Assembly: GCA_021734445.1 (NCBI GenBank)
Contig: JAIPIY010000004.1
Coordinates: 1-61,089, forward strand
DNA: 61,089 bases
Source: Minisyncoccota bacterium
GTDB lineage: Bacteria > Patescibacteriota > Minisyncoccia > Phycocordibacterales > UBA1006
Direction of reading: 5' to 3'
In this document: positions 18,846-29,016 of the stretch, piece by piece
Position numbering within the stretch: the stretch's first letter is position 1
Layout of the letters: every line of letters begins with the position of its first letter
Program-made: the position numbers and the translations under genes
Notes under the pieces: model-generated
What the model was told of the DNA's origin: nothing
Databases searched by the model: none
The model's input: only the letters and a program-made list of their open reading frames with translations

Positions 18846-21206
18846 TTATGTTACAGGATTATTTTCATCGGTTTTATTTTTCAAATATTCTGCTTCGGCA
18901 ATTTGCCAATGAATTTCACCTTTCGATTCATCGCTTTGGCGTTTAATTGGAACAAAGATAGAAGGATTAGATCCTATTTCCGTTCGCCATCGCATAGATT
19001 GTTCAACATCGATAACATCTTTGATAGTAGTTGAAAAACCCTGAGGGTGATCCAACAATGCTTCTAAGAAGCTATTGTTAAATTTAGAATTAGGATGTGA
19101 AAAACCAAATTGTCCATATTCGGAACTACCTATCATAATTGGTAGAACCTTGATATCCATTGCTTCTAGTTCTTCGTAAAGCATGCGAATAAAATCCTGA
19201 TTGAAACACGCGGACGAAATAAAAATAGGACGCTCTCCTGATGGCATTAATTGATCACGTACAGCAAGTGCATTTGCCAGTTCTGAAAAAGAAATATACA
19301 TATCTTCTGTAACCGGTTCTGGAAACCCATCAGCGCCAATTTCACCATTGGAAAGATATAATGCATCTGGTCCACCATGCCCATCAAATACAATAGTTGG
19401 AGATTGCGATTTTTTTATTTGCTCAAGAAATCCATTTTTTATACCAGCAAAACTATTTGCAGAATCTGGCTTAAACGAAGTCAGTGTTTCAGGTAGTTGA
19501 TCTTGAATTTTTGTTAATGTTTTTTGTGTAAGAAACCTCTGACCCTGTTCCCATTCTGACCCTTGCTCTTCATGCCCCAACGTAATAACGTCTCGACCCT
19601 TAAACAGCTCTAAATCAAGAAATTCTTGATTATCACGTAATTCCAGTGTCTTTGCAAAATATTTTTTAAAATTTTCTTCTGTTGGAGATACACCTTCGAT
19701 ATACATATTCCGAGCAACCCAAAGAGATATTTCATACTCTCTTCCAGGTAATTGTTCGTCCAAAGAAAAGATTGAATCAGAACCAGGACCATTAGGAATA
19801 GTAATTGTATCTTCATGATACATGGGTGGTTTTTCTTTGGTATATCCAAGCTTTTGCACATAAGATAAAGCTGGGTCTTCAATAAATGTAGACACTCTTC
19901 TGTCTGAATTAAATTGATCGATTTCTCGATAAAAATCATGTAAATCTTCTGTATACCTAGACTCATCAACCAATTGTTTCCACAACGAAATTTTTCCATC
20001 CTGTAATTCATCAAAAAAAATCTGACAACCTTCTTGGGTATTAAGTCTATATTTAGAATAATAACTTTCACTAGGGCGACCATTCCTGTCCATACCCTGA
20101 GAATAAGCCACACTTGAAAAAATACTCTGTAAATTAGTACCAAAAGAATCCTGTATTCTTTTGAGAAGTTGAATAAATATTTGAGACTGATAAATAGGAT
20201 CCTGGTTATTTTTACCAGAACATAAAAGATGTAAAGAAGCTCCCATATCAACAAGATCTTTCATGTTTTGTCTGTATACGGGATCTTGAATATCTTCATG
20301 CAAGCGCTTTCCTTCGGATCCCAAATATATAAAATCAAGACCGTTTAATGTGTGACCTGGCACCAAAGATAGTATTGGCGTGTTATCTCTTACAAATTTA
20401 GGATCTATGTATTTTATAGCAAAATCTCTGACAGAAATATCAAATTCATCTCTCAACATTTTTAATGCCTTTCTTTGCTTACGATTCATAGGAAGCTCTT
20501 CGATTAGTGTAGAATCACTTCCCAAGATTTCTCCATCAAAAGCAACGTCATATTCTTTTAAAAGACTGACACCATTCATAAAGTTTTCATTGCGAGCCAG
20601 CTTCGTATCATGTATAAATTTGAAATAATTCGAGAGGGTGGGACGGAAATGAGAATTATCCCCTTTTTCTAATCCCCCAGCATGTTTAATAAACTGATCA
20701 ACTGATTCATCATTAATCAAATGTATATTATTTTCATCTTCAAGAAGAAGTATATCCTGGGATTCAATTTCAAAATAATTACCCAATTCACGCAGGCGAC
20801 CCTGTGCACGTTTAAAATTTTCAATTATTACAGACGGTTCATTATGATATGACAAAATATGTAACAATTGACTGGTCTTTGTTTTTGATTGCAAAATTTC
20901 TTCAAAATCATGCACCTGGTCAACAATCGAAGTATCCAAATGTTTTACTCTTTCTCCATGATATTCTGAAAGTAGAGAAATTTTATTGGCTGATTCAGAA
21001 GAATCATCTTGCTCTTTATTATTTTGAGATTGTCCATTAACCGAAAGAACTAACGCGGCCGGTAATAAATATGCGCGAGAAAAGGATAGGAATTTTTTAT
21101 AAAAATCCGGTGAAACAAGGTTTTCCCGAACAGAATCTCGTTCAATACCTTTCTGTATAGCCTGGTTAGGTGCTTCATTTTTTGGTTTTTTGAAAAATTC
21201 AAACAT
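18846..21206 (-). CDS. Large hypothetical protein with C-terminal caspase-like (clan CD) motifs
   Basis: 786-aa ORF; IVFDGHGG and IFISSACF motifs near the C-terminus. Confidence 0.6.
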   Translation of the reverse strand: MFEFFKKPKNEAPNQAIQKGIERDSVRENLVSPDFYKKFLSFSRAYLLPAALVLSVNGQSQNNKEQDDSSESANKISLLSEYHGERVKHLDTSIVDQVHDFEEILQSKTKTSQLLHILSYHNEPSVIIENFKRAQGRLRELGNYFEIESQDILLLEDENNIHLINDESVDQFIKHAGGLEKGDNSHFRPTLSNYFKFIHDTKLARNENFMNGVSLLKEYDVAFDGEILGSDSTLIEELPMNRKQRKALKMLRDEFDISVRDFAIKYIDPKFVRDNTPILSLVPGHTLNGLDFIYLGSEGKRLHEDIQDPVYRQNMKDLVDMGASLHLLCSGKNNQDPIYQSQIFIQLLKRIQDSFGTNLQSIFSSVAYSQGMDRNGRPSESYYSKYRLNTQEGCQIFFDELQDGKISLWKQLVDESRYTEDLHDFYREIDQFNSDRRVSTFIEDPALSYVQKLGYTKEKPPMYHEDTITIPNGPGSDSIFSLDEQLPGREYEISLWVARNMYIEGVSPTEENFKKYFAKTLELRDNQEFLDLELFKGRDVITLGHEEQGSEWEQGQRFLTQKTLTKIQDQLPETLTSFKPDSANSFAGIKNGFLEQIKKSQSPTIVFDGHGGPDALYLSNGEIGADGFPEPVTEDMYISFSELANALAVRDQLMPSGERPIFISSACFNQDFIRMLYEELEAMDIKVLPIMIGSSEYGQFGFSHPNSKFNNSFLEALLDHPQGFSTTIKDVIDVEQSMRWRTEIGSNPSIFVPIKRQSDESKGEIHWQIAEAEYLKNKTDENNPVT

Positions 21207-21267
21207 ATCAACAGTATACCAGGTTTTGTCTTTGGTGCACCTTAAACGATATTAGGTTAAGTTAATG

Positions 21268-21960
21268 TTATTTTATAACATTCTTTACAACTTCATAGAT
21301 TTCCTCATGTATATTCTCACGTGTACGAATCTCTTTTTTTCCCATACAATCTACTTTTATAAAATTTTGTATCGTTTTAGAAAGCCAGATTGCACTTTTG
21401 CGAGAATTTATTAAAAAGTCTATATCATTTTCATGCACATCTTTTTTCTTTTTTAGATATTCACGTTTCATCTTACTACTTTCACGATCTTTAATAAGCT
21501 TTAAAATAACAGGAACAGGCAAAGAAAGATATAATGTGATATCCGGTTTAGGAATACCAAAAACTTTGTATTCCATGGTGTCTAGCCAATGTAAAAATTC
21601 TTTTCGCTTTTTTGCATTTTGTATTTTCCCACCTTGATGAATTTGATTTGCGGATACATAACGATTTGCAAGTACGATATAACCCTTAGCAAGCCACGCG
21701 TTGATCTGTTTTGAAGATTCAAAGCGATCTGCAGCATATGCAATAGAAGCTATTTTAGGGTGCACTCCCAACCAATTGTAATATTGCTCTGATAGACAAT
21801 GCCCAATAAATTTACCAAAAAAGTTTGTAGAATATTCAGGAAAATCAACTACTTTTACTTTTTTCTTTTCACTTGTTAATCGCTTTCGTAAAAATTCTAT
21901 TTGTGTCGCCTTGCCAGAACCATCGACACCATCAATAACAATAAGTTTCCCTTTTTTCAT
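21268..21960 (-). CDS. tmk: Thymidylate kinase
   Basis: IVIDGVDGSGKATQ P-loop, FP.Y, YAADR and NRYV.AN motifs. Confidence 0.93.
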   Translation of the reverse strand: MKKGKLIVIDGVDGSGKATQIEFLRKRLTSEKKKVKVVDFPEYSTNFFGKFIGHCLSEQYYNWLGVHPKIASIAYAADRFESSKQINAWLAKGYIVLANRYVSANQIHQGGKIQNAKKRKEFLHWLDTMEYKVFGIPKPDITLYLSLPVPVILKLIKDRESSKMKREYLKKKKDVHENDIDFLINSRKSAIWLSKTIQNFIKVDCMGKKEIRTRENIHEEIYEVVKNVIK

Positions 21961-21961
21961 A

Positions 21962-23134
21962 TTACGCTCGTAAAATCTTATCTATTTTCTGTGCAATTTT
22001 TACAAAATCTTTTTCTGTTTTTCCACGAGTTGTTTCAGCAGCAGAACCCAATCGAATTCCCGATGGATCAAAAGGTTTTCGTGTATCAAATGGTACGGTA
22101 TTCATATTCACGATAATCCCCTGTTCTTCTAGTTTTTCTGATGCAACCTTGCCCGAAATACCAGTACCGTCCATCCAGGTATCCACCAACACCATATGAC
22201 TGTCGGTTCCACCAGTGATAATTCTCCAACCTAGATTTTTTAATTCTTTTGCCAATGACTGTGCATTTGCGATGACTTGTTTTGTATATTGTGCGAATTC
22301 TTTTGTATTTGCTTCGCGTAATGCAACTGCAACCGCAGCGATTTGGTTCATGTGTGGACCACCCTGCATTCCAGGAAAAATTGCTTTGTCTATTTTTGTA
22401 TACAAACCACGTTCATCAATTTTGGAAAAAATTAATGCACTACGTGGACCACGCAATGTTTTGTGTACTGTTGTAGTGACTATGTCTGCATATGGAAATG
22501 GACTTGGGTATGATTTTCCTGCAATCAACCCTGCGATGTGTGACATGTCTACCATCAACAACGCTCCACATGCATCTGCAATCATACGCATTTTTTTCCA
22601 ATCAATTTTACGCGGATATGCAGTGTATCCCGCAACAATCAATGCTGGTTTTTCTTTTTTTGCGATTTGTAACAGTTCTTCATAATCTAATTTTTCTGTT
22701 CCAGAAGAAACACCATATGGCACCTGTGTCCAAATCATTCCTGTAGTAGAAACCTTGTGTCCATGAGTCAAATGTCCTCCATGAGATAATGTCATACCCA
22801 TAATTTTTGCACCATAAGGAACCAACGCAGTGTACACAGCAACATTCGCCGGAGACCCAGACAATGGTTGCACATTCACATGCCATTTTTTTGAAGACAA
22901 ACCAAACAAAGACAACGCACGATTTTGTGCCATTCGTTCGATATCATCAATAATAGTATTTCCACCATAGAAACGTGCACCTGGATATCCTTCGGCGTAT
23001 TTATTAGTCAATTCAGAACCCAACGCAGTCAGTACGTCTTTTGATACGTAATTTTCAGACGCAATAAGGTTGATAACACTTTTCTGTCTTTTCTTTTCTG
23101 ATTGAATTAATTTTTCTATGTCTTTGTCTTGCAT
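21962..23134 (-). CDS. glyA: Serine hydroxymethyltransferase
   Basis: [36 protein letters not shown] and QGGPH motifs. Start moved to MQDK. Confidence 0.97.
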   Translation of the reverse strand: MQDKDIEKLIQSEKKRQKSVINLIASENYVSKDVLTALGSELTNKYAEGYPGARFYGGNTIIDDIERMAQNRALSLFGLSSKKWHVNVQPLSGSPANVAVYTALVPYGAKIMGMTLSHGGHLTHGHKVSTTGMIWTQVPYGVSSGTEKLDYEELLQIAKKEKPALIVAGYTAYPRKIDWKKMRMIADACGALLMVDMSHIAGLIAGKSYPSPFPYADIVTTTVHKTLRGPRSALIFSKIDERGLYTKIDKAIFPGMQGGPHMNQIAAVAVALREANTKEFAQYTKQVIANAQSLAKELKNLGWRIITGGTDSHMVLVDTWMDGTGISGKVASEKLEEQGIIVNMNTVPFDTRKPFDPSGIRLGSAAETTRGKTEKDFVKIAQKIDKILRA

Positions 23135-23253
23135 GGTATATGTGTACGTATATGAATAATGTCTACAGTATACCAAACCAAACCAAAACTACCAAAATAT
23201 CAATTAAGACAGGATTTTACCCCATTTGTCTCACTATGATATACTGTTGGTAT

Positions 23254-24243
23254 ATGAAATCATACGAATATCACGAACATCCTGATCTTGAATATTTATC
23301 ACTCATGCAACAGATTTTGGATCACGGAGAATTAAAAGGTGACCGTACAGGAACCGGAACAAAAAGTATCTTTGGTACCCAAATGCGTTTTGATTTACAA
23401 AAGCACTTTCCCCTACTGACCACAAAGAAAGTATTTTTCAAAATGATTGCACATGAACTATTATGGTTTTTGAATGGAAGTACTAATATTCAATACTTGG
23501 TACAAAATAATGTCCACATCTGGAGCGAATGGCCGTACAAGGCATATCTGTTGAAACAAGGAAGTGCTATGCCGGAAATTAATGGTGATGAATGGAATAC
23601 AGGATTAAAAGAATTCGAAGACCGCATTGCAACTGATCCAGAATTTGCACGTGAACATGGCGAACTGGGACCTGTGTATGGATATCAATGGCGAAACTGG
23701 CCTGCCCGCCAGAGCCCAAGCCATCAGGCGACGGCAGGCGGGCCAACACCAAATGGTGAACACATCGATCAAATTACCAATGTCATTAACCAAATTAAAA
23801 ACAATCCGAATTCACGACGCATGATTGTGTCAGCATGGAATGTCGCTGATATTGATGAAATGGCAAAATCTGGATTACCACCATGTCATTGTCTTTTCCA
23901 ATTTTATGTCGCTGATGGAAAATTATCATGCCAGTTATATCAACGCAGTTGTGACTTTTTCCTGGGGGTGCCATTTAATATCGCAAGCTATGCCCTACTA
24001 GTTATTATGATTGCAAAAGTCACAGGACTGGAACCAGGAGAATTTATTTGGACTGGTGGCGATACTCATATTTATACTAATCATTTTGATCAAGCTCGAG
24101 AACAATTAGCACGTGAGCCAAAGACCCCTCCACAATTACGCATTACGCGCGATGTAAAAGATATTTTTGATTTCAAAATCGAAGATTTCGAAGTTATCGA
24201 TTACGACCCACATCCATATATTAAGGCTCCGATTGCGGTATAA
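23254..24243 (+). CDS. thyA: Thymidylate synthase
   Basis: [38 protein letters not shown] and C-terminal PIAV motifs. Start moved to MKSYE. Confidence 0.97.
   Translation: MKSYEYHEHPDLEYLSLMQQILDHGELKGDRTGTGTKSIFGTQMRFDLQKHFPLLTTKKVFFKMIAHELLWFLNGSTNIQYLVQNNVHIWSEWPYKAYLLKQGSAMPEINGDEWNTGLKEFEDRIATDPEFAREHGELGPVYGYQWRNWPARQSPSHQATAGGPTPNGEHIDQITNVINQIKNNPNSRRMIVSAWNVADIDEMAKSGLPPCHCLFQFYVADGKLSCQLYQRSCDFFLGVPFNIASYALLVIMIAKVTGLEPGEFIWTGGDTHIYTNHFDQAREQLAREPKTPPQLRITRDVKDIFDFKIEDFEVIDYDPHPYIKAPIAV
23701..23742. repeat. 42-bp GC-rich palindromic element inserted in frame in thyA
   Basis: CCTGCCCGCC...GGCAGGCGGG imperfect terminal inverted repeats. Adds 14 codons ([14 protein letters not shown]) inside the usual WRNW-PTPNG.HIDQ segment. 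Confidence 0.75.
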
Positions 24244-24251
24244 ATCAAGCA

Positions 24252-24281
24252 ACAAAAAACCACCCAAGGGTGGTTTTTTGT
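24252..24281. terminator. Bidirectional terminator between thyA and dcd
   Basis: ACAAAAAACCACC-CAAG-GGTGGTTTTTTGT. Confidence 0.85.
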
Positions 24282-24317
24282 GTTTGAAATGTTTACTCTC
24301 AAAGAAAAACTAACTTT

Positions 24318-24959
24318 TTATTCTTCTTGTAAAGGAAAATCTTTCTTTAATTTCTCTATATCACCTGACAAAATTAATTCAGTCTCGTCATTTTTATCTT
24401 TCTTCCATAATTGAAGTGGCCCCTTGTCATGGTACCGACTCTGACGTCCATCAGGAACAGCTTCGGATAATTCTTCGAAGACAATCTGACAAATACGCTC
24501 GCCGGGATAGAGTCGAACTTTTTGTGACTGAGTGTTGTTGCGAATAGGAATCGTCAAATATCCCTCGTATCCTGAATCAATAATTCCTGTTAAATCAACG
24601 GACAACCCACGACGATTAGTCGAAGATCGTGGATATAAAATACCCATCAAATCATTTGGTATGGAAACTTTCTCCAGGGTCGTAGCTAGAATATATTCAT
24701 GGGGCAAGAGATCAAAAAACTGCCCTGGTTTTAAATCAATTTTTTCAAAAGCTTCAACGTCTTTGTCTTGATGGTAATCAGTGTTTAATTCTTCTCTTCC
24801 CTTTTCTGTTAATTGCCAAACCTTTGGAATAGCAAATTGAAAACCGAGACGCAGGTCAACCGCATGGTTATGTAATTGAAAGATATCCAACGGTGGATCA
24901 AATGAAATTTCACCATTCTTAATTCTTTCTTGGATTGTTTTTTTAGAAATGACTACCAT
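24318..24959 (-). CDS. dcd: dCTP deaminase
   Basis: VDLRLG, TLE.V.IP.DL, RSS..R.GL, IDSGYEG.LT and LYPGERICQ motifs. Confidence 0.93.
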   Translation of the reverse strand: MVVISKKTIQERIKNGEISFDPPLDIFQLHNHAVDLRLGFQFAIPKVWQLTEKGREELNTDYHQDKDVEAFEKIDLKPGQFFDLLPHEYILATTLEKVSIPNDLMGILYPRSSTNRRGLSVDLTGIIDSGYEGYLTIPIRNNTQSQKVRLYPGERICQIVFEELSEAVPDGRQSRYHDKGPLQLWKKDKNDETELILSGDIEKLKKDFPLQEE

Positions 24960-24962
24960 ATA

Positions 24963-25463
24963 TTATTGATCGTTATATTTTTGTGTTTCACTGCTGAGTA
25001 ATTCAAATGCAATACCTGATTCTGCAAATACTTCCTTACCTCGACTGCTGGCATGATAATCATTACGCGCAACAACTCGAATAATGCCCGCATTGATAAT
25101 CATTTTTGCGCAGGTATAACATGGTGCCATATTGCAGTACAAGGTTGATCCTTCCAATGCAATACCAACACGTGCTGCATGCGCAATCGCATTTTGTTCA
25201 GCGTGTGTCGTTCGAATACAGTGCCGTGATTCGGTACCATCTTCATGTTTTACAGTATGCATTTCATGACCCGATTCGTCACAATGAGCACATCCTGCAG
25301 GTGCGCCAACATATCCTGTTGCCACAATACGCTTGTCACGTGCAATGACACAACCAGCTCGCCCACGATCACAGGTAGCGCGTGTTGCCACCGCATCCAT
25401 AATAGTCATAAAATATTCATCCCATGTTGGGCGGTTTTGGTTGCTTTCTATTGTATCTACCAT
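24963..25463 (-). CDS. dCMP deaminase (ComEB-like)
   Basis: RPTWDEYFM, RATC.R, HAEQNAI and PC..C zinc motifs. Confidence 0.93.
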   Translation of the reverse strand: MVDTIESNQNRPTWDEYFMTIMDAVATRATCDRGRAGCVIARDKRIVATGYVGAPAGCAHCDESGHEMHTVKHEDGTESRHCIRTTHAEQNAIAHAARVGIALEGSTLYCNMAPCYTCAKMIINAGIIRVVARNDYHASSRGKEVFAESGIAFELLSSETQKYNDQ

Positions 25464-25477
25464 ATAATAAAGCATAC

Positions 25478-26017
25478 ATGATTAATATCATCGCTGCAAT
25501 ACAATCAAAAGACAACGGGTTAGGTTATCATAACGACCTACTGTACAAATTACCCGAAGATCAAAAATATTTTCGCGACACCACCACAGGATGCGTGATT
25601 ATTATGGGTCGGAAAACATGGGAATCTATTCCCAAAAAATTCCGCCCCTTACCCAACCGAGAAAATATAGTTATTACGCATGATCCAGATTATGTTGCGC
25701 CTGGAGCTATTGTTACACATGGACTACAAGATGCTATTTCTTGGGCACAACATAATTTTTATGACAAAGAAATATTTATTGTTGGCGGAGGTGAAATATA
25801 TAAACAGGCACTTCCCCTTACCGACCGACTCTACCTGACCCTCATCGACGGCGACAAGCCTGCTGATGTTTTTTTTCCTGAATACAAAGACATATTCACG
25901 AACGAAAAAATTCTACAAAAAAAGTCCCCATCGTCTCCGACAGGGCTTTGGTATTCGATTTCGCTTTTTACACGAACCCACACTGATGAGAATCTTTCTC
26001 AGAGGGATCCTCACTAA
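25478..26017 (+). CDS. folA: Dihydrofolate reductase
   Basis: IMGRKTWESIP...RPLPNRENIVIT, IVGGGEIY and ADVFFP motifs. Confidence 0.95.
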   Translation: MINIIAAIQSKDNGLGYHNDLLYKLPEDQKYFRDTTTGCVIIMGRKTWESIPKKFRPLPNRENIVITHDPDYVAPGAIVTHGLQDAISWAQHNFYDKEIFIVGGGEIYKQALPLTDRLYLTLIDGDKPADVFFPEYKDIFTNEKILQKKSPSSPTGLWYSISLFTRTHTDENLSQRDPH

Positions 26018-26073
26018 TCACCTCTAATTTGTGAATATCTTTTTTGTATAAACAAGCCATCCTTAAAGGGTTT

Positions 26074-26811
26074 TTATTTCTTTAATTTTTTAAAAACTTG
26101 TTCTGGTATATTTTTCATATTTTCAAAAAGTGGCTGATACAAATCTTCTCGGATATCAATATCTAGTTCTTGCTGGTCTACAGTATCAATAAAATCCACA
26201 TACGCTTCGGTAATCAGTGCCAAAGGTCGACATTCATCCCCTTCTCCCATCTGTAAAACAGCAGCGGTAGCCAAACTATCGGCAACATCAACGCGTGATA
26301 ATTTTAATACCCGACCAAACATATCTTTGGTGCCTCGATAATCTCGTAGTCCAACAAAACCAGTATACCCCAATGCAACCCCAACAGTACCATTACGTAG
26401 TGGCAGTAAACGACTGTCAGTAATGAGAACCCCTAGGTTTTGTACATGATAGTGTTTTTGCAATTGATTACGAATCAGTTCTGCACTGTGAAAACTGTCT
26501 TGTGGAAGCAAAATAATTTTTCCATCTGCATTCGATTCATCAACCCCGGCCGAAGCCATAATCATATTATTTTTAATCGTGAGCCAAGTATATTTGGTAC
26601 GCATCATCCAATCTGATTCACTACGAATGATTGCTTCTTTATCTTCTGGAGATTGAATAGTTCGTGTTCTTCCTTCGGATAATGCGACGATTTTTGAAGT
26701 AACCACAATAATAGTATTTTCCTGAATTTTTTCAGGTAACCAATGTATCAAAAAATCAAAAAGATTCTGATTTTCTTTGAATATTTCTGTTTTATACGTT
26801 TGTATATGCAT
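26074..26811 (-). CDS. CofE/F420-0:gamma-glutamyl ligase family protein (putative folate gamma-glutamyl ligase)
   Basis: VVTSKIVALSEG, AGVDESN, GVLITDS..PLR.G..GVALG, DY.G..D.FGR and MGEG.E..P motifs. Confidence 0.85.
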   Translation of the reverse strand: MHIQTYKTEIFKENQNLFDFLIHWLPEKIQENTIIVVTSKIVALSEGRTRTIQSPEDKEAIIRSESDWMMRTKYTWLTIKNNMIMASAGVDESNADGKIILLPQDSFHSAELIRNQLQKHYHVQNLGVLITDSRLLPLRNGTVGVALGYTGFVGLRDYRGTKDMFGRVLKLSRVDVADSLATAAVLQMGEGDECRPLALITEAYVDFIDTVDQQELDIDIREDLYQPLFENMKNIPEQVFKKLKK

Positions 26812-26824
26812 ATAAGGTTGATAC

Positions 26825-26855
26825 AACAAAACCGCCCGTAGGCGGTTTTGTTTTT
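26825..26855 (-). terminator. Terminator directly after rplK
   Basis: AACAAAACCGCC-CGTA-GGCGGTTTTGTT inverted repeat. Confidence 0.85.
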
Positions 26856-26863
26856 CGTAACAA

Positions 26864-27289
26864 TTATTCTTCTATTTTAATTCCCATTGATCGACATGAG
26901 CCAGAAACAATTTTCATGGCAGCTTCGATATCATGAGCACTAATGTCAGGCATTTTTATTTCTGCAATTTCTCGCAATTGTGCCTTGGTAATAGTTCCCG
27001 CTTTTGAAGTGTTTGGTTTTCCAGAACCTTTTTCAACACCAGCAGCTTTTAGAATTAAACTAGTTACCGAAGGAGTTTTAATTTCAAAATCAAAACTTCG
27101 ATCATCATAAGCGTTCAATACAACAGAGACTTTTGAACCCAGTTGATCTCGTGTTCGTTCGTTGAATTGATTTACGAATTCACCAATGTTTACCCCAGCT
27201 TGTCCCAATGCGGGCCCAAGTGGTGGAGCAGGTGTAGCTTTACCAGCTGGAACCTGCAATTTAAGAGTTTTTGTTATTTTTTTTGCCAT
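26864..27289 (-). CDS. rplK: 50S ribosomal protein L11
   Basis: [21 protein letters not shown] motif; AAGGGAG Shine-Dalgarno before MAKK. Confidence 0.97.
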   Translation of the reverse strand: MAKKITKTLKLQVPAGKATPAPPLGPALGQAGVNIGEFVNQFNERTRDQLGSKVSVVLNAYDDRSFDFEIKTPSVTSLILKAAGVEKGSGKPNTSKAGTITKAQLREIAEIKMPDISAHDIEAAMKIVSGSCRSMGIKIEE

Positions 27290-27376
27290 ATCTCCCTTAC
27301 AGAATTTATTTATAAAATGAAGCGTCTTTCTAGCGTAACACAAGCTATAATACGTTTTTTCAAGAAAAAGTCAACG

Positions 27377-27922
27377 TTAAATCTTTTTTACTTGCAAGAA
27401 ATCCAATTCAACTGGAGTTTCTCGACCAAACATAGAAACCAATACTTTTACCTTGCCTCGTTCGCTGTCTACTTCGCTGACTTTTCCTTCTTGCTCTTTG
27501 AATGGGCCATCATTAATGATAACAGGTTCACCAGGTACTAATTCAATCGTATGTTTTGCAGTTTCAGTATTCATGCGAGAGAACAAAGATTCGATTTCTT
27601 TTGTATCCAAGGGAACAGGATGCACCCCTGAACCTACGAATCCTGTAACTCGAGGAGTATTTCGAACAACATACCAAGAATCATCAGTTACAATCATATC
27701 AACCAACACATATCCAGGATAAATTTTTTCTTCAACTTCTACTCGTTTTCCAGCTTTGATTTTGATCTTCTTTTCAATAGGAACCAATACATTAAAAATT
27801 TTATCTTGCAAACCCAATGAATCAACGCGTTGTTTCAGGTTTCGAGTTACTGCATTTTCATAACCAGAATAAGTATGAATAGCATACCAATTTCTTTCTT
27901 GATTAACTTCTTGTTTTGACAT
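27377..27922 (-). CDS. nusG: Transcription termination/antitermination factor NusG
   Basis: [31 protein letters not shown] domain and FGRETPVEL. Confidence 0.97.
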   Translation of the reverse strand: MSKQEVNQERNWYAIHTYSGYENAVTRNLKQRVDSLGLQDKIFNVLVPIEKKIKIKAGKRVEVEEKIYPGYVLVDMIVTDDSWYVVRNTPRVTGFVGSGVHPVPLDTKEIESLFSRMNTETAKHTIELVPGEPVIINDGPFKEQEGKVSEVDSERGKVKVLVSMFGRETPVELDFLQVKKI

Positions 27923-27932
27923 AGATAAATAA

Positions 27933-28115
27933 TTAAAAGAGAATAAATTGCTTCAAGAGCTTTTCAAAAATAACATCAAAGAGCCCTAAATAATAGGCAA
28001 CCCCGAAAGAAACTACAATAACTAATAGCGTAGAAACCATTGTATGTTTATGGGTAGGCCAAACGACATGTCGCAATTCTGCCTTTGTTTCTCTGATGTG
28101 TTGAATGAGTTTCAT
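27933..28115 (-). CDS. secE: Preprotein translocase SecE
   Basis: ELRHVVWPT motif plus TM helix; upstream of nusG. Confidence 0.93.
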   Translation of the reverse strand: MKLIQHIRETKAELRHVVWPTHKHTMVSTLLVIVVSFGVAYYLGLFDVIFEKLLKQFILF

Positions 28116-28194
28116 ATGTTATTTAAAAAGCCCCTCAAAAGGGTACCTGTATAGTACCCTAATGAAGTCTCAAAGTCAATATATCTCAAAAAGA

Positions 28195-28971
28195 CTATTT
28201 AATTTGGTATGTTAAAGTAACTGATACGTTAATTTTTTGCTCTCCTGCAGGTAGTTGTGGTGCAAATTCAGCCTTTGATTCCATTGCCATATCCATAGAT
28301 ACAGCTCGGTTTGCCATTGGATAGTAATCCCCACCTTCTGAAAAAGAAACTAGCCCCCCTAACCGAGCCCCCAATTGATCTGCCAAAAGTTTTGCTTCTT
28401 TTTTTGCAGAATCGATAGCTTTTTCACGAGCTTCGTTCATTAATAATTCTGAGTCGTCGATAGTAAATTCTGGACCAGAGACATTTGTTACATTATTTGA
28501 AGAAAACAAAGTAAGTGCATCTGGAATAGATTCTAAATCTCGGATTTTAATACGCAAAGTTTGTGAAGTTTCATATCCAGCGATTTCATTCTGAGATTGC
28601 ATAGGGCATCGATAATCAACGCATGGTTCGATATCGTAATAAGGATATGAAGAATAGCTCATAGTTTGAATATCGGCATCATCAATATTCAACAATGCCA
28701 AACCTTCTAACACAGGTTCCATAATTCCAGCTACTTTTTCCTGAGCCACCAAAGGGTTTTCACCTTTTTCTGATACGGTTACCATAATAGACGCAATATC
28801 AGGAACAGCAAATACTTCCCCTTCTGCTGAAACAGAGATAGTTCGCATGGTTTCAAATTTTTGATCCAATAAACTATAATTTTTCAATCCAACAAAAATC
28901 TGTACTACCAAAAAAACTGATAATACAGCCAGAGACAATGCACCTATTTTAAACATTTTTTCTTTTTCCAT
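28195..28971 (-). CDS. SIMPL (DUF541) domain protein
   Basis: TISVSAEGEV.A.PD.A, AREKAI..AK..A..LA..LG..LG and GEQKI.VSVTLTY motifs. Confidence 0.88.
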   Translation of the reverse strand: MEKEKMFKIGALSLAVLSVFLVVQIFVGLKNYSLLDQKFETMRTISVSAEGEVFAVPDIASIMVTVSEKGENPLVAQEKVAGIMEPVLEGLALLNIDDADIQTMSYSSYPYYDIEPCVDYRCPMQSQNEIAGYETSQTLRIKIRDLESIPDALTLFSSNNVTNVSGPEFTIDDSELLMNEAREKAIDSAKKEAKLLADQLGARLGGLVSFSEGGDYYPMANRAVSMDMAMESKAEFAPQLPAGEQKINVSVTLTYQIK

Positions 28972-29016
28972 ATATAATAATTATTAAATAATATGCTTAT
29001 AGTATACCAAAAATAG

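Noticed and set aside
19610-20254. 214-aa alternative-frame ORF inside the 786-aa gene
   Set aside because: Same-strand out-of-frame overlap with no motifs; typical of AT-rich alternative frames.
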